Shown piece by piece: positions 43,750 through 54,002 of a DNA stretch of 64,000 bases (positions are counted from its first letter, which is position 1; every line of letters starts with the position of its first letter). The stretch lies in the NCBI RefSeq assembly GCF_963677315.2, contig NZ_CAXXMJ010000002.1, positions 516,006-580,005 on the forward strand, read 5' to 3'. The stretch comes from an uncultured Sphaerochaeta sp. Its GTDB lineage: Bacteria; Spirochaetota; Spirochaetia; Sphaerochaetales; Sphaerochaetaceae. The notes under the pieces were generated by a model. That model saw nothing but the letters and a program-made list of their open reading frames with translations, did not search any database and had not been told where the DNA came from. The translations under genes were made by a program, and so were the position numbers.

Positions 43750-44996
43750 GAACGCTCCTCCAGGACTTCCTTCTCATAGGAACTTACCAACTCAATGAGT
43801 TCACTCTCCAGTGGAGTGTTGGTTCTTTTGCAGTACTCATCCCAGATGGCACCAAAGGGGAGAACGCTCTGCTGTTCAAGCAACGCCATGGTTGCATAGC
43901 CATTTCCTGACTCTTCATACTCAATAAGTTGATCAATCGGCTCAAGCATTGCAAAGAGCAAGGCCTTGCGCATTGCCCTGATACCGGTAACCCATGCGCC
44001 AATACGGTTGATTGATGCATCGAAAAAATCCAGGCCAATGTGGGAGGCTTCCAGTTTCCCGCTTCTCACCAGCTCCTCTGCCACCATCTTGATCTTGTCA
44101 TTGAACAGAACCACATGGTCACTATCCCAATGCATGGGACGACTGACGTGCAAGAGAATCTCATCATCAAAGAGGAGAATGGCGGAAAGTTTATCTGAGA
44201 TATCTTCCTCTGTGTGGAAGTGTCCCATATCAATGCAGAGCATCTTATTGTTTCGTGCTGCATAGTTCATATAGAACTCATGGGAACCAACTACAAAGGC
44301 TTCACTTCCGATGCCAAAGAGTTTGGTCTCCAGAGCGTCACGCATAAATTCGCTGGGATATTCGGTCTCAAAAATCTCATCAAGGCTCTCCTTGAGAATG
44401 GCACGATACCCGAACTTATCAACAGTGAGGTTCTTTGCACCATCAGGAACCCAAGTGTCGAGGATACAGGGACTCCCCTGTTGCTCACCAATCCATGCAG
44501 CTATTTTTCTACAACGTTTTGCGTGCTCGATCCAGAACCTACGGATTCTCTCATCCTTGCTTGCCAAGGTATAGCCATCATCAGCCATTGGATGGCTGAA
44601 GAAGGTTCCATTGAAGTCCAGAGGGATACCCATCTTCTTGCCCCAATCAAGCCAACCTTGATAGTGCTTCTCCTCAATCTGGTCACGGTCAACAAAGGTG
44701 GAACCAAACTCTCCATAGCTGGCATGCAGGTTCAGCCTATGACTTCCACCAACCAGGGAGAAGACCTGCTCAAGATCCTGACGCAACTGTTCGACAGTCT
44801 TTGCTTTGCCGGGATAGTTCCCTGTGGTTTGGATTCCTCCACCAGCCAGTTCGGCATCGGGACGCTCGAAACCGCCAACATCATCGCCCTGCCAACAGTG
44901 GACAGAGATGGGAACGTCAGACAATTGATCAAGGACAGAGTCGGTATCGACACCATAGTTCGCATATATTTTCTTGGCTTCTTCATAGTAAGACAT
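43746..44996 (-). CDS. rhaA: L-rhamnose isomerase
   Basis: Near full-length hand alignment with E. coli RhaA (from memory): HCWQGDDVGGFE, GGIQTTGNYPGKA, RLNLHA, GHFH, LLHVSRPMHWDSDHVV, GLDFFDASINRI. Start at ATG 44996 with AGGAGG 7 nt upstream. Confidence 0.92.
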   Translation of the reverse strand: MSYYEEAKKIYANYGVDTDSVLDQLSDVPISVHCWQGDDVGGFERPDAELAGGGIQTTGNYPGKAKTVEQLRQDLEQVFSLVGGSHRLNLHASYGEFGSTFVDRDQIEEKHYQGWLDWGKKMGIPLDFNGTFFSHPMADDGYTLASKDERIRRFWIEHAKRCRKIAAWIGEQQGSPCILDTWVPDGAKNLTVDKFGYRAILKESLDEIFETEYPSEFMRDALETKLFGIGSEAFVVGSHEFYMNYAARNNKMLCIDMGHFHTEEDISDKLSAILLFDDEILLHVSRPMHWDSDHVVLFNDKIKMVAEELVRSGKLEASHIGLDFFDASINRIGAWVTGIRAMRKALLFAMLEPIDQLIEYEESGNGYATMALLEQQSVLPFGAIWDEYCKRTNTPLESELIELVSSYEKEVLEERS

Positions 44997-45065
44997 GACA
45001 GCCCTCCTCATACGAAAGTATTTACTCTAATAGTTTGCCATCATTTGCATTTTTTACCTTGACAG

Positions 45066-45096
45066 AATAGTCAAATTCTAGCACGATTTTATCATG
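45066..45096. promoter_or_regulatory. Rhamnose-regulon motif, copy B (AATAGTCA-N6-TAGCACGATTTTATCATG)
   Basis: It sits in the 97-nt rhaA/araC-type divergent region. Its last three bases are the listed ATG of the AraC-family gene. Confidence 0.6.
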
Positions 45097-45963
45097 TCTA
45101 GTTTTACTCTGCACGAAACCATGTTCTTCAAGGAAAACAGCCTTCCTGTGAAGGTGTTACTCCGTGACCCCGAGATTCCTTTCTCATTGCATGGACATGA
45201 TTTCTATGAAATCGTGGTGGTGGTATCAGGGAAAGGCTTCCACCTCTTGCAACAGGACAAGCGACAGTTGCAGGAAGGCATGGTGTTCTGTATTCGCCCG
45301 GGAACCATCCACGGATATGCAGATATCGAGAATCTGGTCCTCTACAATCTACTTATTGGAAAGAAGGCCTTTTCAGTGCTCTATCCCGAGGTCAAGGACG
45401 TGGCTGGGTTTCCTGAGACATTCATGCAAGAAGAAGGGGACGTCCCACTGGTTCGGCTCAACTCACACCAACACGCTGAGATTGTAGCCCTGGTAAGCGC
45501 AGTCAAGGAGGAGTCGGAGCAACAGGACTACAGCAAGGGATCGACCTCAATGACCTACTCCAAATTGCTCCAATTTCTCATCCTGGTAAGCAGGTTCCAC
45601 AGTGCTCGACGAGGTTCTGCTTTCCAGAATGATCAACGTCTCGAGAAAGTCATCATCTATATGGAGCAGAATATTGACCGAAGCATTCCCTTGAACGAGC
45701 TCGTTGAGGTCTCGAACATGAGTGCAAGCACACTCAACCGACAGTTCAAGCTATCAACGGGTTGGTCTCCAGTCGATTTCCATATCCATAGACGTATTGC
45801 CTATGCTTCAAACCTGCTTCTGACCACTGACCTGAGCATTGAAAGAATCAGTGAAAAAACCGGATTTTCAGATGCAAATTACTTCGCACGCCAGTTCAGG
45901 AGTCATATGCAGATGAGTCCACGGCAGTATAAACAGCTGTGGACCACCCCAAAAGAAGATTAG
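45094..45963 (+). CDS. AraC-family regulator with an N-terminal cupin sugar-binding domain (RhaS/RhaR-like)
   Basis: Cupin motif HGHDFYEIVVVVSGKG (compare E. coli RhaS HHHDFHEIVIV, from memory). C-terminal double HTH ending in ANYFARQFRSHMQMSPRQYK. Neither ATG 45094 nor ATG 45121 has an SD, so the start is uncertain. Confidence 0.8.
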   Translation: MSSFTLHETMFFKENSLPVKVLLRDPEIPFSLHGHDFYEIVVVVSGKGFHLLQQDKRQLQEGMVFCIRPGTIHGYADIENLVLYNLLIGKKAFSVLYPEVKDVAGFPETFMQEEGDVPLVRLNSHQHAEIVALVSAVKEESEQQDYSKGSTSMTYSKLLQFLILVSRFHSARRGSAFQNDQRLEKVIIYMEQNIDRSIPLNELVEVSNMSASTLNRQFKLSTGWSPVDFHIHRRIAYASNLLLTTDLSIERISEKTGFSDANYFARQFRSHMQMSPRQYKQLWTTPKED

Positions 45964-46385
45964 ACCACTACACCCTTCTTTAAAATGATGTTTGCGTACA
46001 GTGCTGTCTCTCCGGTAGCAACAATGGCATATGCCTTCTTACTCCGTTCATAAAAGGCAAAGCGTTCAAGACGGGTAAAGCCTTTAAATGCAGGATCTCC
46101 GTCCTTGCAGGTACCCTCATAGATATCCCAGATAGGGGTTTCGACGGTGTCCCCAGGGGTTGTATCCATCAGGAACGCGTTCTCTGCATAGGTATCAAGA
46201 GGGAACAGCTGCAAGATCGCTTTCAGCACCTCATCTGCCCCATGTCCATCCAAGCGGACCACCCGGTCATTCATGGATGCAGCAGGGAAATTTCCATCTC
46301 CGATCACGATCTCATCGCCATGGCCCATTTCCATGAGAATCTTCAATAGTTCAGGGCTGAGGATTGAGGGAATTGTTTTCAACAT
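45960..46385 (-). CDS. fucU: L-fucose mutarotase (RbsD/FucU family)
   Basis: MLKTIPSILSPELLKILMEMGHGDEIVIGD and RFAFYERSKKAYAIVATGE...ILKKGV align with E. coli FucU (from memory). Start at ATG 46385 with AAGGAG 7 nt upstream. Confidence 0.85.
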   Translation of the reverse strand: MLKTIPSILSPELLKILMEMGHGDEIVIGDGNFPAASMNDRVVRLDGHGADEVLKAILQLFPLDTYAENAFLMDTTPGDTVETPIWDIYEGTCKDGDPAFKGFTRLERFAFYERSKKAYAIVATGETALYANIILKKGVVV

Positions 46386-46446
46386 CGTTGACTCCTTATA
46401 AATTTTGGATTGCATTTGCTCGTTCTCTATGCAATACTATCCTTGA

Positions 46447-46460
46447 TGTAAACGATTACA
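46447..46460. promoter_or_regulatory. LacI-family operator candidate TGTAAACGATTACA
   Basis: 13 of 14 positions match the perfect palindrome at 12826-12839. It lies in the fucU/fucI divergent region, 29 nt upstream of the fucI ATG. Confidence 0.55.
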
Positions 46461-46488
46461 TTTGTAATTATATACCAAGGGGGATACT

Positions 46489-48315
46489 ATGGCAAATACA
46501 AATGGAATGCAATCGGTAGGGCCTGAGAAGCGCTATGCTTCTTCCCTTCCCAAGATTGGAATTCGCCCGGTCATCGACGGCAGACAGCGAGGCGTTCGCG
46601 AGTCCTTGGAAGATCAGACCATGAACATGGCAAAGGCTGCAGCTAAGCTGATCAGCGAAAACCTGTTCCATGGAACCGGAGAGCCGGTTGAATGTGTTAT
46701 TGCTGATGGAACCATCGGTCGTGTGAGAGAGAGTGCGGATTGTGCAGAGAAATTTGCCAAGGAAGGAGTAGCCGTCACCCTGACAGTAACTCCCTGTTGG
46801 TGTTATGGAACCGAGACATTTGATATGGATCCCATGACCGTAAAGGGTGTATGGGGTTTCAATGGGACAGAACGCCCGGGTGCAGTATATCTTGCTGCAG
46901 TACTTGCCGCTCATACCCAGAAAGGCCTGCCTGCCTTTGGCATCTATGGTCGTGACGTACAAGACAACGATGATACCTCCATCCCTGAGGATGTAGCAGA
47001 AAAGATCCTCCGCTTTGCACGTGCCGGTATAGCTGTAGCAACCATGAGAGGAAAGAGCTATCTCTCCATCGGTGGCATGTCCATGGGTATCGCTGGATCA
47101 ATCGTCGACCAGGATTTCTTGCAAACCTACCTGGGAATGCGCAGTGAAGTGGTCGATATGTGCGAGATTGAACGCCGTATCGCTGAAGAGATCTATGATC
47201 CTGAAGAATATAAAAAGGCTATTGCATGGGTGAAAGAAAACTGCATCCAGGCTGAAGATGTGGCCAATCCTCCTGAGTACCAGAGAAGTGAGGAGCAGCT
47301 TGCCAAGGATTGGGAATACTGCACCAAGATGACCATGATCGGTCGTGACCTCATGGTTGGCAACAAGAAGCTCGAGAAGCTCGGTTTCAAGGAAGAGGCA
47401 CTTGGGCATAATGCAATCTGTGCAGGATTCCAGGGCCAGAGACAGTGGACCGACCATTGGCCGAATGGTGACTTCATGGAAACCATGCTTACCACCAGTT
47501 TTGATTGGAACGGCATCCGTGAACCGTATATCATGGCAACAGAGAATGATCACCTGAACGGTATCAGCATGCTCTTCTGTAAGTTGCTCACCAACCGTGC
47601 TGCAATCTTCAGCGATGTGAGAACCTACTGGAGCCCTGCAGCTATTGAGAGAGTTTCTGGTTGGAAGCCAGAGGGCCTGGCTAAGGAAGGATTCATTCAC
47701 TTGATCAACAGTGGTGCTACCACGCTTGATGCTGCTGGTCAGATGAAGAACGAGAAAGGCGAAAGCGAGATGAAGCCTTACTGGGAGATTACTGAGGAAG
47801 ATGTAAAGAAAACCCTCGAGAATACCCGCTTCAGCGTCGCCAACGGTGGTTATTTCCGCGGTGGTGGTTATAGCTCAACCTTCCTCAGCGAAGGTGGAAT
47901 GCCGCTAACCATGGTCAGGATCAACATGGTCAAGGGCGTAGGCCCTGTCCTGCAGCTTGCTGAGGGATGGACCTGTGAAGTACCGGAGAATGTCTTCGAC
48001 GTTATCAACAAGCGCACCGACCAGACTTGGCCGACCACTTGGTTCGTACCCAGAACCAATGGCAAGGAAGGTCCCTTCAAGGACGTTTACTCGGTCATGG
48101 CAAACTGGGGAGCAAACCACGGAGCACTGAGTTATGGGCACTTTGGTGCTGATATCATCTCACTCTGTGCAATGCTGCGCATCCCCGTATGCATGCATAA
48201 TGTTGAGGAAGATAAGATCTTCCGTCCCAGTGCATGGTCAATGCTTGGCATGGACAAGGAAGGAGCTGACTATCGCGCCTGCTCTACCTTTGGACCACTG
48301 TACGGCAAGTACTAA
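46489..48315 (+). CDS. fucI: L-fucose isomerase
   Basis: 608 aa. The N-terminal [22 protein letters not shown] and overall length match FucI. GGGGGA SD. Confidence 0.88.
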   Translation: MANTNGMQSVGPEKRYASSLPKIGIRPVIDGRQRGVRESLEDQTMNMAKAAAKLISENLFHGTGEPVECVIADGTIGRVRESADCAEKFAKEGVAVTLTVTPCWCYGTETFDMDPMTVKGVWGFNGTERPGAVYLAAVLAAHTQKGLPAFGIYGRDVQDNDDTSIPEDVAEKILRFARAGIAVATMRGKSYLSIGGMSMGIAGSIVDQDFLQTYLGMRSEVVDMCEIERRIAEEIYDPEEYKKAIAWVKENCIQAEDVANPPEYQRSEEQLAKDWEYCTKMTMIGRDLMVGNKKLEKLGFKEEALGHNAICAGFQGQRQWTDHWPNGDFMETMLTTSFDWNGIREPYIMATENDHLNGISMLFCKLLTNRAAIFSDVRTYWSPAAIERVSGWKPEGLAKEGFIHLINSGATTLDAAGQMKNEKGESEMKPYWEITEEDVKKTLENTRFSVANGGYFRGGGYSSTFLSEGGMPLTMVRINMVKGVGPVLQLAEGWTCEVPENVFDVINKRTDQTWPTTWFVPRTNGKEGPFKDVYSVMANWGANHGALSYGHFGADIISLCAMLRIPVCMHNVEEDKIFRPSAWSMLGMDKEGADYRACSTFGPLYGKY

Positions 48316-48337
48316 GCAACAGTTATTGGATCATTCG

Positions 48338-48376
48338 CGGGTTGGCTTGGTGCCAACCCGTTTTTTTGATTTTTTT
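48338..48376 (+). terminator. Rho-independent terminator after fucI
   Basis: CGGGTTGGC ttggt GCCAACCCG (9-bp stem) followed by TTTTTTTGATTTTTTT. Confidence 0.8.
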
Positions 48377-48429
48377 CAGGTATTGTATCCATTTCATCAC
48401 ACGGGTGTTATACTTTCTCGGAGGTTTGT

Positions 48430-49668
48430 ATGAAAACGATACTCTCTGTATGGAAAGAACAAATACTGTTGCAACAGGAACAACCTGATTCTGGTGAAGA
48501 GAAGCTCCAGAAACAAGCTAAGATGCAGAGGGAGCTCGAAGAAATCCTCCCAAGGGATGAAGCAACCCTGCTCTCCCTCTATCGCATGGGAGCTCGATTC
48601 AACCTGCTTGAAGAACCTCACAAGAGAGCAGCCTCCAAGCTATTCATCATTGTACTGGTCAGCCAACTTATCATCTCCCAGATACCTACGCTTCTAGGGT
48701 ATCCCTTTGGCGACAATACAATGCTGTTCTATGGCTTGAACCTACCCTTCCTTATTCTCCTGTTTCTTGCTCTGTATCTGGTAAAGGAGAGAAAATATCT
48801 TGTCGGGTATCTCTCTTTTCTTGGCATCCTTGCACTCTTGATGAATCTACAATTCAGCATGACAGGCACTGAAGAAGCACAGACAAAGATCCTGGCACTC
48901 ATCCATTTGCCCCTACTTCTGGTGGTCAGTCTTGCCCTCCCTACCCAGAAAGGGTCACTACAGGAGAGAATGAGTAGACATATACGCCTTACCGGAGAAG
49001 TACTTCTCCTCACATTCCTGCTTGCTTGTGCCGTGTTTGTGGTGACGATGCTTACATTCGTGCTCTTTGAAGCGGTGGGAGTCAATGTAGAGGATCGTCT
49101 CGCCCCATTCGTTGTTACCGGAATCCTAGCCCTGCTTCCCCTATCTGCCCGGTACCTTCTGCAATACAGAAGAGGCCAGATAGCCTCCCTCACCCGGCTT
49201 CTGGCTACCATTTTTCTCCCGGTAATCACAGTGGTAATGATCTCCTTCCTTGGAGCCTTGGTGATAGGAAGACTCCCCATAACTGAGGACCGAAACCTTT
49301 TATTGGTAATCGATATATTACTCGCCCTTGTCCTGATGATGATCCTCTATGCAACAGACCTTCTGGAGAGCGAACAAACCACACCCTTTTACCGCATAGT
49401 GCTCATCACTGCAGCATTGGCAGCCATAGGCATCGATGTATTCGCCCTCATTGCCATAGGAGGGAGGTTCCTTCAATACGGACTAAGCCCCAACCGTTTG
49501 GCTGTCCTTGCTGAGAACCTACTCTTGCTTGCAAACCTTGGATCCCTGGCAGTAACACTGCTGAGAAGAAGATCCTTCATTCGGATACAGAGCATATTCA
49601 TGGTTATCTATGCACTCTGGTTCCTCATTGTTGTCCTGCTCTTTGGCCCCCTGTTCGGATATATGTGA
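48430..49668 (+). CDS. Polytopic membrane protein of unknown function (about 10 TM segments, soluble ~70-aa N-terminus)
   Basis: Long hydrophobic segments throughout. GGAGG SD 7 nt upstream and an extended -10 (TGtTATACT at 48406-48414). No family confidently recognised. Confidence 0.55.
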   Translation: MKTILSVWKEQILLQQEQPDSGEEKLQKQAKMQRELEEILPRDEATLLSLYRMGARFNLLEEPHKRAASKLFIIVLVSQLIISQIPTLLGYPFGDNTMLFYGLNLPFLILLFLALYLVKERKYLVGYLSFLGILALLMNLQFSMTGTEEAQTKILALIHLPLLLVVSLALPTQKGSLQERMSRHIRLTGEVLLLTFLLACAVFVVTMLTFVLFEAVGVNVEDRLAPFVVTGILALLPLSARYLLQYRRGQIASLTRLLATIFLPVITVVMISFLGALVIGRLPITEDRNLLLVIDILLALVLMMILYATDLLESEQTTPFYRIVLITAALAAIGIDVFALIAIGGRFLQYGLSPNRLAVLAENLLLLANLGSLAVTLLRRRSFIRIQSIFMVIYALWFLIVVLLFGPLFGYM

Positions 49669-50670
49669 TCAGAGGGAGAGAATAGTGTTCCAAACGACCT
49701 CATCAACGGGAATGCCCTTCTCTAGATTCTCCTTTCTTGTTTGCTCCCTGAATTGGCCTGGATAACGAACAGGTTTCTCTGCCTCCAAAGGGGTTGAGTT
49801 TGCCAGGTCATCAAGGGTTGCCCGGATCTCTTTCTGCAGGTTCTCCTGGTCGGGGAACTTGGAGGTATCAAAGACCAGGAAGACCTGGGAGACTTCTCCC
49901 TCCTCTGCCAAGGACCCAATGGAGCGAGTAGTCCTTCCACCAGAGAGGGTTGCTGCAATCAGATCAAGGGCAAGGGCCAAGCTGGTTCCCTTCCAGAAAC
50001 CAATGGGAAGAGAACGCTTGCTTTGTAGAATCGCTTCAGGGTCGGTAGTAAGCTCTCCCTTTTCGTCCCATCCACCTGGGACGGGTAGTTCCTTCTTCTC
50101 CCTCATATAGGTTTCCAGCTTGCCATAACTGAAAAGGGACATCGCCATATCAACAAGAAGTGGCCCCTCTTCACTGGGAATGGCAAGAACCAGAGGATTG
50201 TTCCCAATCTTGGTATCAGATCCCCCCCATGGGCTCATCAGTGGCATCGTGTTGGTCCAGAGAAGCGCAATACACCCCTCCTTGGCAGCCATCAATCCAT
50301 AGGTACCAGGTCTCATCCAATGGTTGGTATGCTTCAAGGCAACGCAACCGATGGTATGCTCTTTTGCCAGTTCAATAGCTCGCTTCATGGAGGCATAGGC
50401 ATTAAGGTTTCCTACACCACGCTTTCCATCCCATCGCTCAAGAGAAGCGAATGAATCACTCTTCTGGGCATGGGCGTGCACATCGACACGCTTTTCATCA
50501 ATACCCTTGATCAATGAGGCAAATCGATTTGCCCCATGGGTGTATACCCCTTCAAGCGAGGTTTCAGCTACCAGTCGAGCACAGAGCGCAGCATCATGCT
50601 TATTCATATCCCGGCTCTCAAGCACGCGTTCAAATTGTGCACACATCGTCTCAAATGGAATTCGCATCAT
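49669..50670 (-). CDS. dlgD: 3-dehydro-L-gulonate 2-dehydrogenase (Ldh_2 family, DlgD/YiaK-like)
   Basis: Near full-length hand alignment with E. coli YiaK (from memory): GVYTHGANRF, NHWMRPGTYG, LWTNT, SPWGG, IGNNPLVLAIPS, VDMAMSLFSYGKLE, WKGTSLALALDLIAATLS. The ATG 50670 overlaps the addA TGA (ATGA). Confidence 0.85.
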   Translation of the reverse strand: MMRIPFETMCAQFERVLESRDMNKHDAALCARLVAETSLEGVYTHGANRFASLIKGIDEKRVDVHAHAQKSDSFASLERWDGKRGVGNLNAYASMKRAIELAKEHTIGCVALKHTNHWMRPGTYGLMAAKEGCIALLWTNTMPLMSPWGGSDTKIGNNPLVLAIPSEEGPLLVDMAMSLFSYGKLETYMREKKELPVPGGWDEKGELTTDPEAILQSKRSLPIGFWKGTSLALALDLIAATLSGGRTTRSIGSLAEEGEVSQVFLVFDTSKFPDQENLQKEIRATLDDLANSTPLEAEKPVRYPGQFREQTRKENLEKGIPVDEVVWNTILSL

Positions 50671-53600
50671 GGATTTTCTCCTTCCCATACCAACACCTGA
50701 GCGGGGTCACGCAAATAGATTACGCACCCTCGTACCGGGCGTTGATACATTCTTTTTGTTGCTTGCATATAGGTCTCTACCTGGAAACGGTGGACATCTT
50801 CATCCCTCCACCTATCGGTCTTGAAATCTATTACGAGGTAGGAATCATTCTGCCTCACCAGCAAATCAATTGAACCTTCAGCCACAATGGTCCGTCCTTC
50901 CTGCTCAATGGCACTGAAAAAGCCTACTTCACTCTCGACAGGATATGGTTTTATCTCTCTCTCATACCACTCACTCTTCATGAACCCGCTACACAAGACA
51001 AGAGCATCCTGTTGGAGCACGAACAACTCCTGTGCTTTCATAACCCTTGTCAGGGAGTCAGGCATAAGCGAGGCGAGCTCAGGCACCTCATTGCCCAGTA
51101 CCATCTGTTCACAGAGTGCATGGACAAACGTACCAAACCCGGTTACCTGATCCTCGGTATATCCACCAAGAATCTCATCACTAGGATACCGTGGCAACGG
51201 GATGCCTTCACCCCCATGGACAAGCGGATGAAGCTTCGTGGTGGCCACTCGGATAGGTTGCCCTTTGTAATCTGGTGTGGCTTGATCATACCAGCTCTCA
51301 GCAGTTTGTAACCTTTCAAGCACAGCTGAGCTATCCTCTCGCTCTCCGCTGTAGAGAAAGTGCTCAGGAATACTCTCTATTGGCCGCACTTTCAAGATAC
51401 CCTCATCATGTACAGGATTGTCGATATCCAGGGAGAGACTGCCAACCAGCATCTGCAGCAATGTATCAGCTTTCTTGTCAGGATTCAGCCCCCTGTTGTT
51501 CTTGGAAAATGCTCCACTAAGTATGAGATGGGTCTCCGCCCTGGTCATGGCAACATACAACAACCGTTTCAGCTCAGCAATCTCCATGTCCTGTTCTTCA
51601 CTACCAGCGAAGAGCGTCCCGGCATGACGGACGGTCTCTTGCTTCGTGGCAGAGATATGGTAGGAGGAAGAAAGATAGTGTGGAAGTGGAATATCGAGGA
51701 AGGTACTGAGATAGTCCCCTCCACCTTTTCCCTTGGATGCGGCATTTCCCACGATCACAATGGGAAACTCCAATCCCTTTGACTTATGGATCGACATAAT
51801 CTGAAGCCCCGATTCCTGTTCCTTTATTACCTCAAGTTGGTCGATTTTTTCGTTTTGAACCAGATTTCGTCTCAGGAAATCGACAAATTGGCTGATACTC
51901 TTGCCCTGTTCTTCCTGAATCTGTGCAAGGCGGTGGAAAAAAGCAAAATGTTCGACATATACCTGATACTGCGGGTGGGAAACCAAGGAGAGGTAGTAAC
52001 CACTCTCATACCAAAGCATCAGGGCAAGGGTACTCAATGATTCACTGCCTACCGCCTCGTGCAACCGCTGGTAGAAAGCCCCGCAAGCTGCCAATCGCTC
52101 GCCGTCGTCCTCTGAGAGTATGGGAAGTAGGGAAAAAAGTGGTTCTTGTACCACATGGGTAATAGCCCAATCACTCAGGTTACAGAAGGGAGAGCGAAGG
52201 ACTGTGGCATACGCTTGCTTATCTTCAGGATACAGCGTGAGCTGTAACATGGCATACAGATCGTTTGCTGGAGCTTCCAGCATCAAGGACCGTGCTGCCT
52301 GTACCGTATAGGGGACATCAAATCTCCTGAAGGCCTTCTCAAAACTCAGCTGGTTGCTGGTCGTACGAAGCAGGAGTGCAATATCGCTTGCCTTGGGCCT
52401 TCTTGGCCCCTCTTTTGAGGGTATCAGGAACTCATCACTTTCAAGCATCTGCCTGACCAGTTTTGCAATGGTATATGCCTCAGCTTCAACGGAGGAAGCT
52501 TCCTCCTCCTCTTCGTCACCACCACTTTCCTGATAGGGCTTGATCAGAAGCGTACAGCTGCTTTGCACACCAGGGGAGGCATCACGGAAGCCTAGCGTTG
52601 AAAAGTCTGCCTCGTAGCTCTCCCCCTCATTCTGCATGATGCAGGAAAACATCGTATTGAACAGCTTGATCAAGTCCGGCTCACTACGATAGTTCCTTCC
52701 CAGGGTGATGGTCTCCCCTCCGATGGAAGCCAACTCTCCGCTCAGTTGCTTGAAAACCCGAACATCACTACCCCTGAAGCGATAGATCGACTGCTTTTCA
52801 TCCCCTACAAAGAACAGCTTATCCTTCTGCAAATCATCAGGCAGGGGGATGCCATCCCCTTCCCTGTCCAGTCGTTCCGCAAGCAAGTAGAGCATTGCTT
52901 TCTGCTGTGCATTATTATCCTGGAATTCATCAATCATGATGTAACGGAATTTCTTCTTGTAGAAAGAGCGCAAAGCCTTGTCCTCAGCGAGCATCGTCAC
53001 CGCAAGGGTAGAGACATCGGCAAAGGTAAGAATCCCGCTCGAGCGTTTTTCTCTCTGATACCTGCTTACAAACTCCTGCATGAATTCCATCACTGCATAT
53101 AACTGGTCCTGAGCAAGCATGATACTCAACGCCATACAGAGCTTGCTTCTCAGCTCCCTGTATATCGCCACGGTATCCTTGATGGTCTGGATGTCATCTG
53201 CTTTCCCGTTTCCCGGAGCCCTACGATGGGCAAAATCGGAACACAACAAGGATAGCAGCTCATCCCTGTTCTTACAGGCATCCATCCTGGAGAGCATCGA
53301 CTGTGCGTCGCTCTTGTAGCCTTGTACAGTGTTGCCCTTGTCGGTAAAGGAAGCGTAGAGAGTCAACATCTCACGGTACTGGACAAGCAGACGTTCATAC
53401 TCCCTCTCCACTGCTGCAAGAATGCGCTCAGCTCCCCCTACCTCAACAGTATTGGGTAGGCAGTAGTAGGTACTTGCCAGTGGGACAAATACATTGTCTA
53501 TCAGGGTGTCTGGGGTATAGAGCTCACTGAGCAACTTCGCCCCCGGGCTCTGTGGATACACATCCAGCAATTCAGTAGCTACACGACGGATGGTTCCTAG

Positions 53601-54002
53601 GTTTTTCTCATCATCGATGACGAAATCCTGAGGCACTCCATAGGCCACGGAATTGCTCCTGACTATCGTTGCGCAAAAACTGTCCAATGTGGCGATGGCC
53701 GCTTCACTGAAGGTTTCAAGTTGTTGGGCAATGTCTTCATCCTCAAGACAGGTAAGGAGATGCTTATGAATACGCTGATGCATCTCCCTTGCAGCCTTTC
53801 GGGTGAACGTCAGGGTCAGGATTTCATCACATCGGGCTTTTCTTTCAAGAACCAGACGAAGGAATCGGTAACTGAGAACCGTGGTCTTGCCTGAGCCAGC
53901 TCCGGCAGAGACAACACAGTTGTTCAGGACATTCACAGCCTTCCTCTGGTTGTCATCCAGCCTCGCATTTGTGTGCTTCAGAAACTCTTCGAAACGAATC
54001 AT
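50667..54002 (-). CDS. addA: AddA/RexA-type ATP-dependent helicase-nuclease (UvrD-like helicase plus C-terminal PD-(D/E)xK nuclease)
   Basis: Walker A AGAGSGKTTVL, UvrD-family motifs (MIDEFQDNN, LGRNYRS, SIHKSKGLEF, VAMTRA) and C-terminal nuclease GSIDLLV...VIDFKTD. ATG 54002 overlaps the addB TGA. Confidence 0.85.
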   Translation of the reverse strand: MIRFEEFLKHTNARLDDNQRKAVNVLNNCVVSAGAGSGKTTVLSYRFLRLVLERKARCDEILTLTFTRKAAREMHQRIHKHLLTCLEDEDIAQQLETFSEAAIATLDSFCATIVRSNSVAYGVPQDFVIDDEKNLGTIRRVATELLDVYPQSPGAKLLSELYTPDTLIDNVFVPLASTYYCLPNTVEVGGAERILAAVEREYERLLVQYREMLTLYASFTDKGNTVQGYKSDAQSMLSRMDACKNRDELLSLLCSDFAHRRAPGNGKADDIQTIKDTVAIYRELRSKLCMALSIMLAQDQLYAVMEFMQEFVSRYQREKRSSGILTFADVSTLAVTMLAEDKALRSFYKKKFRYIMIDEFQDNNAQQKAMLYLLAERLDREGDGIPLPDDLQKDKLFFVGDEKQSIYRFRGSDVRVFKQLSGELASIGGETITLGRNYRSEPDLIKLFNTMFSCIMQNEGESYEADFSTLGFRDASPGVQSSCTLLIKPYQESGGDEEEEEASSVEAEAYTIAKLVRQMLESDEFLIPSKEGPRRPKASDIALLLRTTSNQLSFEKAFRRFDVPYTVQAARSLMLEAPANDLYAMLQLTLYPEDKQAYATVLRSPFCNLSDWAITHVVQEPLFSLLPILSEDDGERLAACGAFYQRLHEAVGSESLSTLALMLWYESGYYLSLVSHPQYQVYVEHFAFFHRLAQIQEEQGKSISQFVDFLRRNLVQNEKIDQLEVIKEQESGLQIMSIHKSKGLEFPIVIVGNAASKGKGGGDYLSTFLDIPLPHYLSSSYHISATKQETVRHAGTLFAGSEEQDMEIAELKRLLYVAMTRAETHLILSGAFSKNNRGLNPDKKADTLLQMLVGSLSLDIDNPVHDEGILKVRPIESIPEHFLYSGEREDSSAVLERLQTAESWYDQATPDYKGQPIRVATTKLHPLVHGGEGIPLPRYPSDEILGGYTEDQVTGFGTFVHALCEQMVLGNEVPELASLMPDSLTRVMKAQELFVLQQDALVLCSGFMKSEWYEREIKPYPVESEVGFFSAIEQEGRTIVAEGSIDLLVRQNDSYLVIDFKTDRWRDEDVHRFQVETYMQATKRMYQRPVRGCVIYLRDPAQVLVWEGENP

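Noticed and set aside
44214-45062. 282-aa plus-strand ORF opposite rhaA
   Set aside because: It is antisense to a near-perfect RhaA homologue. The translation has no recognisable motifs and there is no SD.
46468-46962. 164-aa minus-strand ORF overlapping the fucI 5' end and the fucU/fucI intergenic region
   Set aside because: It is antisense to fucI. It would run through the operator/promoter region toward fucU without an SD. It shows no motifs.
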